This document shows, one piece after another, positions 24,030-36,412 of a stretch of 64,000 bases of DNA. The position numbers and the translations under genes are program-made. Where the stretch lies: assembly GCA_964016885.1 (NCBI GenBank), contig OZ024747.1:85622001-85686000 (forward strand), read 5' to 3'. Under the pieces are notes generated by a model. The model was not told the origin of the DNA and did not search any database. It saw only the letters and a program-made list of their open reading frames with translations. How positions within the stretch are numbered: position 1 is the stretch's first letter; every line of letters begins with the position of its first letter. This stretch comes from Eledone cirrhosa (Eukaryota).

Positions 24030-25020
24030 TATCATCATTGTTTTTACGTCCATTTTTCCATGCTTGGACGGGTCCTTCCCAGCACAGCATCTCTCCACTT
24101 GTCGTGTTCCTTCAATATCTTTTCTGTGAGTCTTAGTGATTTGAGGTGAGCTCTCACAACCTCTGCCCCAGTCCTTCTTGGTCTACCTCCACTGTGGCTT
24201 CCTTCCACTGGCATTTCTTGGCATTTCTTCACCCAGCGATCATTGTCCATATGCATCACATGTCCATACCAATGCAGTCTTCTCTCCTGTATGCCACCTC
24301 GAATTCCTCCTAAACCCAGTTTCTCCCCAACTCGTCTAAGCTCTGCTTTTCTCTCACACTTACATTTTACATTCAATGAAGCATGGTTGCTTCATTTCTC
24401 TCCAGTCTATGCCTGTACTCTGCAGCCACAGCCCATGTTTCATTACCATGCAGCATCGCACTTCTTTGCACACAGGTGTCATATGGTCGTCCTTTTGTAC
24501 GTAGGGAGAAATGTTCAGTCATCAACAGTGGAATTAGCTCGCTAAATTTTTTTTTTCCATTTTATCCTTATTCTAGCTATTATGCTCTCAGAGCACCTTC
24601 CTCCATTGTTAATTAAGTTGCCTAGATAGCAGAAGCTATCAGCCACTTCTATGGGTCCTTCCTGTGACTGGAATAGATTTACATCACTGGCACTCTTCCC
24701 TTTGATTACCTCTGTGCATCTTCTACATACAAAGTCTTCCCTTTGTTAGTCTACCAGTTATCCCACTACATCTCCTGTGTACCTGTGATTTACATTGTGT
24801 GTATCGTATGGAGTTTATGCTTACTTCCTTTCTACATATTGAGCATGGCCAGTTCCCTGAAGGAATCAGGGTCCTATTTTCTGTCCTACTCACTAGCACT
24901 TTAGTTTTGGCTAAGTTTACTCTCAGATCTTCTAATTCCAAATTCAGTTTCGATAGTTGGAACTTATTGTCTAGTTCTTTAATGGATTTGGCTATAAGGA
25001 CCAAATCATCTGCATAGGTG
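24030..25020 (-). mobile_element. RTE LINE 3' fragment (same family as 11800-13900)
   Basis: YADDLVLIA, WPCSICRK and RRLHWYGHV motifs. Tail GCATGGAAAAATGGACGTAAAA. Confidence 0.9.
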
Positions 25021-25747
25021 AAGTATGAAAGACAAAATATACTGTGCTTTGTGGCATTGCATTTAATTGCATAATCAGCGAGTAATCAAGAAACTCAGAG
25101 TTGCAACACTGAGTACTCTCAATAATATAATAAAAACTATTTATGTTTCTGTGTATGTATATATGAAATCAAATTTAAACCACACCTATGCAGGTTTAGC
25201 TGACATCCTACAAGGTTGCATCTCATAGAAGGTTTCCCAAATGTTTTAATAATAGGGACTTCAGTCCTGTCATGAAAAGCAATGTGAAATAAAGTGTCTT
25301 CTTAAAAACACAATGTGCCACCCAGCCCAAGAATCCAACTCCAACCCTCTGATCATGAGTTCAACACCCTAACCACTAGGTCACACAGTACATTATTTTT
25401 TAATGTAATATATACTCTTTAAGGGATTTATCTAGTAAGCTGAATCCTTGAACACACAGATACACACACACATACCTGTTACCTGCCAAATGTTATTAAC
25501 TATGCAATATATCGGTTTGTCTGACTCATGTCTATGTATGTGTGCCTGTATGTGAGTGTGTGTGTGTATGTGAGTGTGTGCCTGTATGTGAGTGTGTGTG
25601 TGTATGTGAGTGTGTGCCTGTATGTGAGTGTGTGTGTGTATGTGAGTGTGTGTGTGTATGTGAGTGTGTGTATATGTGAGTGTTAAACAGATCGATTTGT
25701 CTTGTCTGACTTGGAAATATAACTGTCTGTTATATATCAGCAGCAAC

Positions 25748-27865
25748 AGTAGTGGTGGTGGTAGTGTTTGTAGTAGTGGTGCTGGTGGTGTTTGTAGTAG
25801 TGGTAGTAGTGGTGGTGGTGGTGTTTGTAGTAGTGGTGGTGGTAGTGTTTGTAGTAGTGGTAGTAGTGGTGCTGGTGGTGGTAGTGTTTGTAGTAGTGGT
25901 GCTGGTGGTGTTTGTAGTAGTGGTAGTAGTGGTGGTGGTGGTGGTAGTGTTTGTAGTAGTGGTAGTAGTGGTGCTGGTGGTGGTAGTGTTTGTAGTAGTG
26001 ATGCTGGTGGTGTTTGTAGTAGTGGTAGTAGTGGTGCTGGTGGTGGTAGTGTTTGTAGTAGTGGTGGTGGTGGTGTTTGTAGTAGTGGTGCTGGTGGTGG
26101 TAGTGTTTGTAGTAGTGGTGCTGGTGGTGGTAGTGTTTGTAGTAGTGGTGGTGGTAGTGTTTGTAGTAGTGGTGCTGGTGGTGGTAGTGTTTGTAGTAGT
26201 GGTGGTGGTAGTGTTTGTAGTAGTGGTGGTGGTAGTGTTTGTAGTAGTGGTGGTGGTAGTGTTTGTAGTAGTGGTGCTGGTGGTGTTTGTAGTAGTGGTA
26301 GTAGTGGTGCTGGTGGTGGTAGTGTTTGTAGTAGTGGTGCTGGTGGTGGTAGTGTTTGTAGTAGTGGTGGTGGTAGTGTTTGTAGTAGTGGTGCTGGTGG
26401 TGTTTGTAGTATTGGTAGTAGTGGTGCTGGTGGTGTTTGTAGTAGTGGTGATGGTGGTGTTTGTAGTATTGGTGCTAGTGGTGATGGTGGTGTTTGTAGT
26501 ATTGGTAGTAGTGGTGCTGGTGGTGTTTGTAGTAGTGGTGATGGTGGTGTTTGTAGTATTGGTGCTAGTGGTGATGGTGGTGTTTGTAGTATTGGTAGTA
26601 GTGGTGATGGTGGTGTTTGTAGTATTGGTAGTAGTGGTGATGGTGGTGTTTGTAGTATTGGTAGTAGTGGTGCTGGTGGTGTTTGTAGTAGTGGTGATGG
26701 TGGTGTTTGTAGTATTGGTGCTAGTGGTGATGGTGGTGTTTGTAGTATTGGTAGTAGTGGTGCTGGTGGTGTTTGTAGTAGTGGTGATGGTGGTGTTTGT
26801 AGTATTGGTGCTAGTGGTGATGGTGGTGTTTGTAGTATTGGTAGTAGTGGTGCTGGTGGTGTTTGTAGTATTGGTAGTAGTGGTGCTGGTGGTGTTTGTA
26901 GTAGTGGTGATGGTGGTGTTTGTAGTATTGGTGCTAGTGGTGATGGTGGTGTTTGTAGTATTGGTAGTAGTGGTGATGGTGGTGTTTGTAGTATTGGTAG
27001 TAGTGGTGCTGGTGGTGTTTGTAGTAGTGGTGATGGTGGTGTTTGTAGTATTGGTGCTAGTGGTGATGGTGGTGTTTGTAGTATTGGTAGTAGTGGTGCT
27101 GGTGGTGTTTGTAGTATTGGTAGTAGTGGTGATGGTGGTGTTTGTAGTATTGGTAGTAGTGGTGCTGGTGGTGTTTGTAGTATTGGTAGTAGTGGTGCTG
27201 GTGGTGTTTGTAGTATTGGTAGTAGTGGTGATGGTGGTGTTTGTAGTAATGGTGCTAGTGGTACTGGTGGTGTTTGTAGTATTGGTAGTAGTGGTGATGG
27301 TGGTGTTTGTAGTATTGGTAGTAGTGGTGATGGTGGTGTTTGTAGTAATGGTGCTAGTGGTACTGGTGGTGTTTGTAGTATTGGTAGTAGTGGTGCTGGT
27401 GGTGTTTGTAGTATTGGTAGTAGTGGTGATGGTGGTGTTTGTAGTAATGGTGCTAGTGGTACTGGTGGTGTTTGTAGTATTGGTAGTAGTGGTGCTGGTG
27501 GTGTTTGTAGTATTGGTAGTAGTGGTGCTGGTGGTGTTTGTAGTATTGGTAGTAGTGGTGCTGGTGGTGTTTGTAGTATTGGTAGTAGTGGTGATGGTGG
27601 TGTTTGTAGTATTGGTAGTAGTGGTGCTGGTGGTGTTTGTAGTATTGGTAGTAGTGGTGCTGGTGGTGTTTGTAGTATTGGTAGTAGTGGTGATGGTGGT
27701 GTTTGTAGTATTGGTAGTAGTGGTGCTGGTGGTGTTTGTAGTAATGGTGCTAGTGGTACTGGTGGTGTTTGTAGTATTGGTAGTAGTGGTGCTGGTGGTG
27801 TTTGTAGTATTGGTAGTAGTGGTGCTGGTGGTGTTTGTAGTATTGGTAGTAGTGGTGCTGGTCGT
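25748..27865. repeat. GT-rich minisatellite, ~33-bp unit GGTGGTGTTTGTAGTATTGGTAGTAGTGGTGCT with shorter variants
   Basis: Direct tandem periodicity. Explains the 730-769 aa ORFs. Confidence 0.95.
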
Positions 27866-28041
27866 GTTTGTACTCATGCTGGTAGAGGCTGTAGTGGTGG
27901 TGATGGTAATGGTAAAGGCTGTAATAGAGATGCTGGTGGTGTGACCACATCTAGTTCGTACATCCCATTTTGACATGGCCTCCATAGTCTGATGCCCTTC
28001 TCAACTGCATCCAAGCATTAGAACTCAGTATTTCCCATTAA

Positions 28042-28261
28042 CCCTTTAATGTTCAAACCGGCCAAAACCGGCCAGAATTCTCTACCTCTTTCTGTTGAAA
28101 CTGGCTGTAACTGGCCACTCATACTGATGTTAAGGTATTGTTCTCAAAATAAATACTTTCAAAATCTCATAGATTTGATATTATGTGAGATGATTATGCG
28201 AGGTAAAGCCTTTACCATGACATTATAATAGTATATATAGAATAATGTGAATGCTAAAGGG
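28042..28261. mobile_element. piggyBac-like MITE (same family)
   Basis: TTAA|CCCTTTAATGTT ... AATGCTAAAGGG|TTAA. Internal sequence shared with the 11114 and 36839 copies. Confidence 0.88.
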
Positions 28262-28477
28262 TTAAGTATTGATTTGGTCTCTAACAACCCATCCAACCTT
28301 GTCAGTAAGGAAAGCAGGTATTAAATGATGAGGAAGAGAAAGAATAATATAGAATAACATAATCTGATGAAGGATTATAATCCCAAAGTGCTCACTATCA
28401 AGTGACCCAGCAACAAGACTTGTAGACTGTAGCTACATGATTGTTCACAGTAACTAGTACTAACACTAATCCTAATA

Positions 28478-29299
28478 CGAGCTGAGTAGCCCATTGTTGC
28501 TGGGCAATAATCACAATAGTATGCTTCTATTTCAGACCAGTCTACCTGGAAGGATAGTCCCCATAATGAGGATGGATTTCTTTATTAATTGGATCAATTT
28601 ATAATGTTTGTATAAACAATGTTTGTTGTTTTTCCCATCTGGTACATAGATGTAAAGATTTTTCTGACTTCCTACTCTTGAATATCCAACATAAATCTGG
28701 CCATGGGTGAAGCAGGGCTCTTCAACATGTAAACCAGCAACTCGAAAATGTTTGTCCTTGTGATTTGTTGATGGTCATGGCAAAACTAAGACTCACTAGA
28801 AATTGAAGTCATTTGAATTGAAATGGGACATCAGTGGGGATAAGAGGAATTCTTGGAACAAACACATCCGTTCCCCTACCACATCCTGTTGAAATAGTGG
28901 CTTAAATCACATGTGTGTACATATTTTTCATAACCAATTGAGTGCCTTGGTGGGTCCAAATTCTTCAATAACATGATGGGTGCTCCTTCTTAAGGTGAAG
29001 GACATGTGGTGGGCATTCCTGATGGTTCTAAGAGTTGAGGAACTCTGTTGAGTTCCACCACAGTGTCAACAGATCGATAGAGCTTCGAAACCTTTGGAGT
29101 TCTTTTTAACATCTCTTGATTTACCAATTTCACAGTCACACTTTTCGGGGCCAATATAGCCCTTTCACTGAGCTACATGTGGTTTGAGAACTGATATTCA
29201 AGATTAGGGGAACACTTTTTCTATGTGATGAAATAATGATACCACCATCATGCTTATGGGACGTTATATCAATAGCTCCCTTGCAATCTTCTAAGAAGT
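28478..29299 (-). mobile_element. Helitron 3' remnant: degenerate PIF1-type helicase C-terminus and terminal hairpin
   Basis: Minus-strand translation gives SERAILAPK, EFLNSLEPSGMP, APIMLLKNLDPP, VFVPRIPLIPTDVPFQFK, FAMTINKSQGQT and CFTHGQIYVGYSRV. Hairpin GCCCA-N7-TGGGC (28505-28489), then CTCG|T (degenerate CTRR) ending at 28478. 5' part runs into the gap. Confidence 0.92.
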
Positions 29300-29499
29300 N
29301 NNNNNNNNNNNNNNNNNNNNNNNNNNNNNNNNNNNNNNNNNNNNNNNNNNNNNNNNNNNNNNNNNNNNNNNNNNNNNNNNNNNNNNNNNNNNNNNNNNNN
29401 NNNNNNNNNNNNNNNNNNNNNNNNNNNNNNNNNNNNNNNNNNNNNNNNNNNNNNNNNNNNNNNNNNNNNNNNNNNNNNNNNNNNNNNNNNNNNNNNNNN
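29300..29499. other. Assembly gap (200 N)
   Basis: Run of n characters. Confidence 1.
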
Positions 29500-29540
29500 T
29501 AAAACTATATATTATATATATAGATATATATATATAGAAA

Positions 29541-29574
<34 letters not shown>

Positions 29575-30097
29575 CACACACACAGACACACACATACATG
29601 TATGTGCCCACAACAGAACAAACTCATCAAACAGTGATGATGATGATGATGGTATAATTATATAAATACTCTTGCAGTACCTATAATATGTCTATATATA
29701 TAATAATGTGACTATATATATATATATATATGATAGTGTGTATGCATATGTGATGATATGGCTTTCTATGAGTGTGTGCATGTGTTCCATATGTGATATG
29801 TATGTGTGAGTTGGCGTTGAAGTGCCTCCTACATCTTCTTATCCTCCCACTCAGTCCATTCACAGTTTCACCAAAATCCAGCTGATCTCTGGCGGTAGTG
29901 GTGATGCTGCTGGTGTGTAGACACAATAGAGAACACCTATATACACCCAGTCACGTGTATATAAATACTAAGCCATGCACACACACATACATACATACAC
30001 ACACATATACACACACATACACACACACACACCTCTACATACTAAGGTACACATATATACGTATGCATATGTATGCACAGGTGCTTGCATTCACTGC

Positions 30098-30132
<35 letters not shown>

Positions 30133-30565
30133 ACGCACACATGTTCGTATTTACACATCCACAGCCATGCGTAGACACATAATTACATATACATACATCG
30201 CATACAGCCATGCATAGACACATAATTACATACATATTTAAGTATACACAACTACACTGTGACATATACACAGTACAGACACACACATAGTTATATATGT
30301 ACACACACATACATATAGACATACACAGGTACATACATATATATATGTATATATACACACATGCATACATGCGTACAGATTCTCTAAAGAAAGCCATATA
30401 TACAACTTTACATTACCAATTATTGGAAAAGTCCTGTGGTTGGCACATGATTTTGACTAAAGGTGGTGGTGGGCTGTAGGGTTTTGGGGTTGTTGTTTAG
30501 CCCTATGTCAGCTCATAGACATTCCAAACGTGACCATCCCATATTTGCACATGATCTTGACCAAA

Positions 30566-33160
30566 GGTGGTGTTAGTGGTTGTAGTACTAGTGGTAGTGT
30601 TGGTAGTGGTGTTAGTGGTTGTAGTATTAGTGGTAGTGTTGGTAGTGGTTGTAGTACTAGTGGTAGTGTTGGTAGTGGTGTTAGTGGTTGTAGTACTAGT
30701 GGTAGTGTCGGTAGTGGTGTTAGTGGTTGTAGTACTAGTGGTAGTGTTGGTAGTGGTGTTAGTAGTTGTAGTGTTGGTAGTGGTGTTAGTGGTTGTAGTA
30801 TAGTATTAGTGGTAGTGTTGGTAGTGGTGTTAGTGGTTGTAGTACTAGTGGTAGTGTTGGTAGTGGTGTTAGTGGTTGTAGTATAGTATTAGTCGTAGTG
30901 TTGGTAGTGGTGTTAGTGGTTGTAGTACTAGTGGTAGTGTTGGTAGTGGTGTTAGTGGTTGTAGTATAGTATTAGTGGTAGTGTTGGTAGTGGTGTTAGT
31001 GGTTGTAGTACTAGTGGTAGTGTTGGTAGTGGTGTTAGTGGTTGTAATACAAGTGGTAGTGTTGGTAGTGGTGTTAGTGGTTGTAGTACTAGTGGTAGTG
31101 TTGGTAATGGTGTTAGTGGTTGTAGTATAGTATTAGTGGTAGTGTTGGTAGTGGTGTTAGTGGTTGTAGTACTAGTGGTAGTGTTGGTAGTGGTGTTAGT
31201 GGTTGTAGTATTAGTGGTAGTGTTGGTAGTGGTGTTAGTGGTTGTAGTACAAGTGGTAGTTTGGTAGTGGTGTTAGTGGTTGTAGTACTAGTGGTAGTGT
31301 TGGTAGTGGTGTTAGTGGTTGTAATACAAGTGGTAGTGTTGGTAATGGTGTTAGTGGTTGTAGTATAGTATTAGTGGTAGTGTTGGTAGTGGTGTTAGTG
31401 GTTGTAGTATTAGTGGTAGTGTTGGTAGTGGTGTTAGTGGTTGTAGTACAAGTGGTAGTGTTGGTAGTGGTGTTAGTGGTTGTAGTACTAGTGGTAGTGT
31501 TGGTAGTGGTGTTAGTGGTTGTAGTATTAGTGGTAGTGTTGGTAGTGGTGTTAGTGGTTGTAGTACTAGTGGTAGTGTTGGTAGTGGTGTTAGTGGTTGT
31601 AGTACTAGTGGTAGTGTTGGTAGTGGTGTTAGTGGTTGTAGTATTAGTGGTAGTGTTGGTAGTGGTGTTAGTGGTTGTAGTACTAGTGGTAGTGTTGGTA
31701 GTGGTGTTAGTGGTTGTAGTACTAGTGGTAGTGTTGGTAGTGGTGTTAGTGGTTGTAGTACTAGTGGTAGTGTTGGTAGTGGTGTTAGTGGTTGTAGTAC
31801 TAGTGGTAGTGTTGGTAGTGGTGTTAGTGGTTGTAGTACTAGTGGTAGTGTTGGTAGTGGTGTTAGTGGTTGTAGTACTAGTAGTAGTGTTGGTAGTGGT
31901 GTTAGTGGTTGTAGTACTAGTGGTAGTGTTGGTAGTGGTGTTAGTGGTTGTAGTACTAGTGGTAGTGTTGGTAGTGGTGTTAGTGGTTGTAATACAAGTG
32001 GTAGTGTTGGTAGTGGTGTTAGTGGTTGTAGTACTAGTGGTAGTGTTGGTAATGGTGTTAGTGGTTGTAGTATAGTATTAGTGGTAGTGTTGGTAGTGGT
32101 GTTAGTGGTTGTAGTACTAGTGGTAGTGTTGGTAGTGGTGTTAGTGGTTGTAGTATTAGTGGTAGTGTTGGTAGTGGTGTTAGTGGTTGTAGTACAAGTG
32201 GTAGTTTGGTAGTGGTGTTAGTGGTTGTAGTACTAGTGGTAGTGTTGGTAGTGGTGTTAGTGGTTGTAATACAAGTGGTAGTGTTGGTAATGGTGTTAGT
32301 GGTTGTAGTATAGTATTAGTGGTAGTGTTGGTAGTGGTGTTAGTGGTTGTAGTATTAGTGGTAGTGTTGGTAGTGGTGTTAGTGGTTGTAGTACAAGTGG
32401 TAGTGTTGGTAGTGGTGTTAGTGGTTGTAGTACTAGTGGTAGTGTTGGTAGTGGTGTTAGTGGTTGTAGTATTAGTGGTAGTGTTGGTAGTGGTGTTAGT
32501 GGTTGTAGTACTAGTGGTAGTGTTGGTAGTGGTGTTAGTGGTTGTAGTACTAGTGGTAGTGTTGGTAGTGGTGTTAGTGGTTGTAGTATTAGTGGTAGTG
32601 TTGGTAGTGGTGTTAGTGGTTGTAGTACTAGTGGTAGTGTTGGTAGTGGTGTTAGTGGTTGTAGTACTAGTGGTAGTGTTGGTAGTGGTGTTAGTGGTTG
32701 TAGTACTAGTGGTAGTGTTGGTAGTGGTGTTAGTGGTTGTAGTACTAGTGGTAGTGTTGGTAGTGGTGTTAGTGGTTGTAGTACTAGTGGTAGTGTTGGT
32801 AGTGGTGTTAGTGGTTGTAGTACTAGTAGTAGTGTTGGTAGTGGTGTTAGTGGTTGTAGTACTAGTGGTAGTGTTGGTAGTGGTGTTAGTGGTTGTAGTA
32901 CTAGTGGTAGTGTTGGTAGTGGTGTTAGTGGTTGTAGTATTAGTGGTAGTGTTGGTAGTGGTGTTAGTGGTTGTAGTACTAGTGGTAGTGTTGGTAGTGG
33001 TGTTAGTGGTTGTAGTATTAGTGGTAGTGTTGGTAGTGGTGTTAGTGGTTGTAGTACTAGTGGTAGTGTTGGTAGTGGTGTTAGTGGTTGTAGTATTAGT
33101 GGTAGTGGTGTTAGTGGTTGTAGTATTAGTGGTAGTGTTGGTAGTGGTGTTAGTGGTAGT
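30566..33160. repeat. 39-bp minisatellite GTGGTAGTGTTGGTAGTGGTGTTAGTGGTTGTAGTACTA with a 945-bp higher-order duplication
   Basis: Tandem units. Diagnostic variants recur at a 945-bp offset. Confidence 0.95.
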
Positions 33161-33419
33161 GGTTTTAGTGATAGTTAGTGGTGTCTGTGGTAGTATTGTT
33201 GATGGTAACACCATTAGATATACAGTCGAAAGTGGTGTTGGTAGCAGTAGTAGTGGTGTTGGTGGTGGTTTTTGTGTTGGTGGTAGTGTTGTTGATATTG
33301 GTGTTGGTGGTATTGCTAGTGGTGATATTAGTATGGATGGTAGTTATAGTGGTATTTATGTGTTTCTTAGGGGTGGTGGTGGTGGTGGTGGTTGTGATAT
33401 TGGTATGTAGGTGATAGGA

Positions 33420-34590
33420 TGGTCGTGGCGACGTTAGTAAGGGTGGTTGTGATGTTAGTATAGGTGGTAGTGTTGGTGGTATGATGGTTGTGGTAACGTT
33501 AGTATGGGTGGTAGTGATGGTAGCGGTAATGTTAGTATGGGTGGTAGTGATGGTGGTATGATGGTAGCAGTGATGTCGGTATGATGGTTGCAGTGATGTC
33601 AGTATGGGTGGTAGTGATGGTGGTAGTGATGGGTAGTATGGGTGGTAGTGATGGTAGTAGTGATGGTGGTAGTGATGTCAGTATGGGTGGTAGTAATGGT
33701 GGTATGGTGGTGGTAGTGATGGTGGTAGTGATGGTAGTATGGGTGGCAGTGATGGGAGTAGTGATGTTAGTATGGGTGGTAGTGATGGTGGTATGGTAGT
33801 AGTAGTAGTGATGTCAGTATGGGTTGTAGTGATGGTGGTAGTGATGTTAGTATGGGTGGTAGTGATGATGGTGGTATGGTGGTGGTAGTAGTGATGTCAG
33901 TATGGGTTGTAGTGATGGTGGTAGTGATGTTAGTATGGGTGGTAGTGATGTTAGTATGGGTGGTAGTGATGATGGTGGTATGGTGGTGGTAGTGATGTCA
34001 GTATGAGTGGTAGTGATGGTGGTATGGTGGTGGTATGGTAGTAGTAGTAGTGATGTCAGTATGGGTTGTAGTGATGTTAGTATGGGTGGTAGTGATGATG
34101 GTGGTATGGTGGTGGTAGTGATGTTAGTATGGGTTGTAGTGATGTTAGTATGGGTGGTAGTGATGATGGTGGTATGGTGGTGGTAGTGATGTTAGTATGA
34201 GTGGTAGTGATGGTGGTATGGTGGTGTTAGTGATGGTAGTATGGGTGGTAGTGATGTCAGTATGGGTGGTAGTGATGGTGGTATGGTGGTGGTAGTGACG
34301 TCAGTATGGGTGGTAGTGATGTCAGTGTGGGTAGTAGTGATCGTGGTATGGTGGTGGTAGTGATGTCAGTATGGGTGGTAGTGATGGTGGTATGGTGGTG
34401 GTAGTGACGTCAGTATGGGTGGTAGTGATGTCAGTGTGGGTAGTAGTGATGGTGGTATGGTGGTGGTAGTGATGTCAGTATGGGTGGTAGTGATGGTGGT
34501 ATGGTGGTGGTAGTGATGTCAGTATGGGTGGTAGTGATGGTGGTATGGTGGTGGTAGTGATGTCAGTATGGGTGGTAGCGATGGTGGTAT
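33420..34590. repeat. Degenerate GTA/GAT/GGT minisatellite (~21-23 bp subunits, 44-bp dimer)
   Basis: Recurrent GTAGTGATGTCAGTATGGGTG and GTAGTGATGGTGGTATGGTGGTG. Confidence 0.85.
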
Positions 34591-35324
34591 GTAGGTATGT
34601 AGAGGTCGTTACTGAAGGTGAGTTATGTCATTGTGTCAATACTGTCACACCATCTTCATATGCAACAGTAATGTTTGTTGTTGTTGTGGTGTGAATGTCA
34701 CCACTGGACTGGACTGTTTCACTTAACTACACAACACATCGACACCACCACTGTCACCAGGAAAAGTGTTCTGGTTGTGGTGTTTGTGGTGGTAGTGGTG
34801 TTTGTGGTGGTGGTGGTTGTTCTGGTGTTGGTATTGGTGGTGGTGGTGGTAGTGGTTCTGGTATTGGTGGTGGTGGTGGTGGTGGTGGTGGTGGTGGTTC
34901 CGGTTGTGATGACAGTGGTATTGGTATTAATAGGGGTGGGGGTGGTAGTGGTGGTGGTGGTGGTTGTGATGACAGTGGTGTTGGTGGTGGTGGTGGTGGT
35001 AATAATAGTGTCGGTGGTGGTGGTGGTGGTGGTGATAATGGTGATAATGATGGTACTGGTTGTTATGGTTGTGATGATAGTGATGATGATGGTAGTTGTT
35101 GGTGATCTGGTTGTCTGATGATGGTTGTTGTGGTAGTAGTGGTGGTGGTGATTGTTGTGATGGTAAGTTTATTGTTGTTGGTGGTGGTAACAATGGTGAT
35201 GATAGTGTTGGTAATAACAGTGTTGATGCCCTCCAAATTATTTTATTGTTGTCTAAGTCGTTTTATTGTGTGATTATGGGTTTAGTACATGTCTGGTTTG
35301 ATGTGAAAGGTGTGTGTGTGTATG

Positions 35325-35427
<103 letters not shown>

Positions 35428-35934
35428 AGGATGAATATAAAATGAAAGTGCTTTTGTTAAAAAAGGAATTTATTAGGTATTGACATATGTTTCTGTAACA
35501 GACCGAATACCTATGTATCGCTGCTTGCGTAATCATATAATGTTAGCAAGTATTCGATAGCAAATGTATAATCAGTTGTCACTTCTTCAGAGATTTTGGA
35601 TAAACCTGCACGTACGCTGTTCATCTCTAACGTAACGATATATTATCACTACATTATTGATAACCTGAAATTTTATATATATATATATATATATATATGT
35701 CTGATGGTAGCTAAGATGGTTCCATAGGCGATATGCCAGTTGAGCACTCTATGTTCTTACAGAGCAGAGTATGATATAATAGAAAACGAAAAATCAGTGA
35801 TGCATCAGGGTTTATTTCAAGGTACCAAAAGTTTGTTTTATAAATATTGAGATCTTAACGGTTCAAGTTTTTCCTGGATAGTCAGGAAAAACTTGAACCG
35901 TTAAGATATGTCAATATTTATAAAACAGACTTTG

Positions 35935-35995
35935 TATTTTATCTGATGAGAGCATACCAAAGTTTTGGTGCCCTTGAAATATATATAATAGAATA
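35935..35995 (+). ncRNA. Minimal type-I hammerhead ribozyme candidate (PLE-type)
   Basis: Stem I TATTTTAT/ATAGAATA, core CTGATGA (35943), stem II around GCA-ACCAAA/TTTGGTGC, GAAA (35976), 2-bp stem III with palindromic ATAT loop, AUA cleavage triplet. Confidence 0.65.
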
Positions 35996-36161
35996 AATGT
36001 GGTTTTATAAATATAGTTTCCATTTATTAATATCATTGATATTATACTCCAGAAAACTTGTCGAGTGCTTTGAATCAGTTATAAATATATATATTTGTTG
36101 AATTACCAACAAATTAAATATCCCTTTTGCTTCATCATCATTCATATATATATATGCATAT

Positions 36162-36412
36162 ATAGGAAAATGTTTGACCCTGACGGCAGAGCTCAAGCCG
36201 TTTCAACGGCTATTTCTGGACTAAATTAGAATTTTTAGCGTGGTAATTTACCACGCTAAAAATTCTAATTTAGTCCAGAAATAGCCGTCGAAGTGGCTTG
36301 AGCTCTGCCGTCAGGGTCAAACATTTTCCTATTACCCACTCTACTACCCTAAGTATTGAGTACTCTGGTGCGTTATGGTCCATCTGGTTCCTTACCACAC
36401 CTCCTTCGTTAT
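36162..36412 (+). mobile_element. Fold-back element: 171-bp palindrome plus conserved tail (putative inverted PLE terminus)
   Basis: 85-bp arms, 1-nt loop at 36247, 3 mismatches. Tail TACCCACTCTACTACCCTAAGTATTGAGTAC... is shared with the 37553 element. Confidence 0.75.

Noticed and set aside
25664-27985. 730-769 aa ORFs (Gly/Ser/Cys-rich, poly-Val, Thr/Asn mucin-like)
   Set aside because: Three frames are open because the unit length is a multiple of 3. There is no signal peptide, unique domain or splice context, so this is a minisatellite artefact unless transcript data show otherwise.
29800-29930. Unique GC-richer patch as a possible second exon of the 19789 gene
   Set aside because: The phase-1 frame after the best acceptor hits a stop within ~15 codons, and no recognisable protein motif is present.
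30530-33414. Val-rich and Thr-rich ORFs of 118-363 aa
   Set aside because: Translations of the 39-bp satellite, broken by indel variants.
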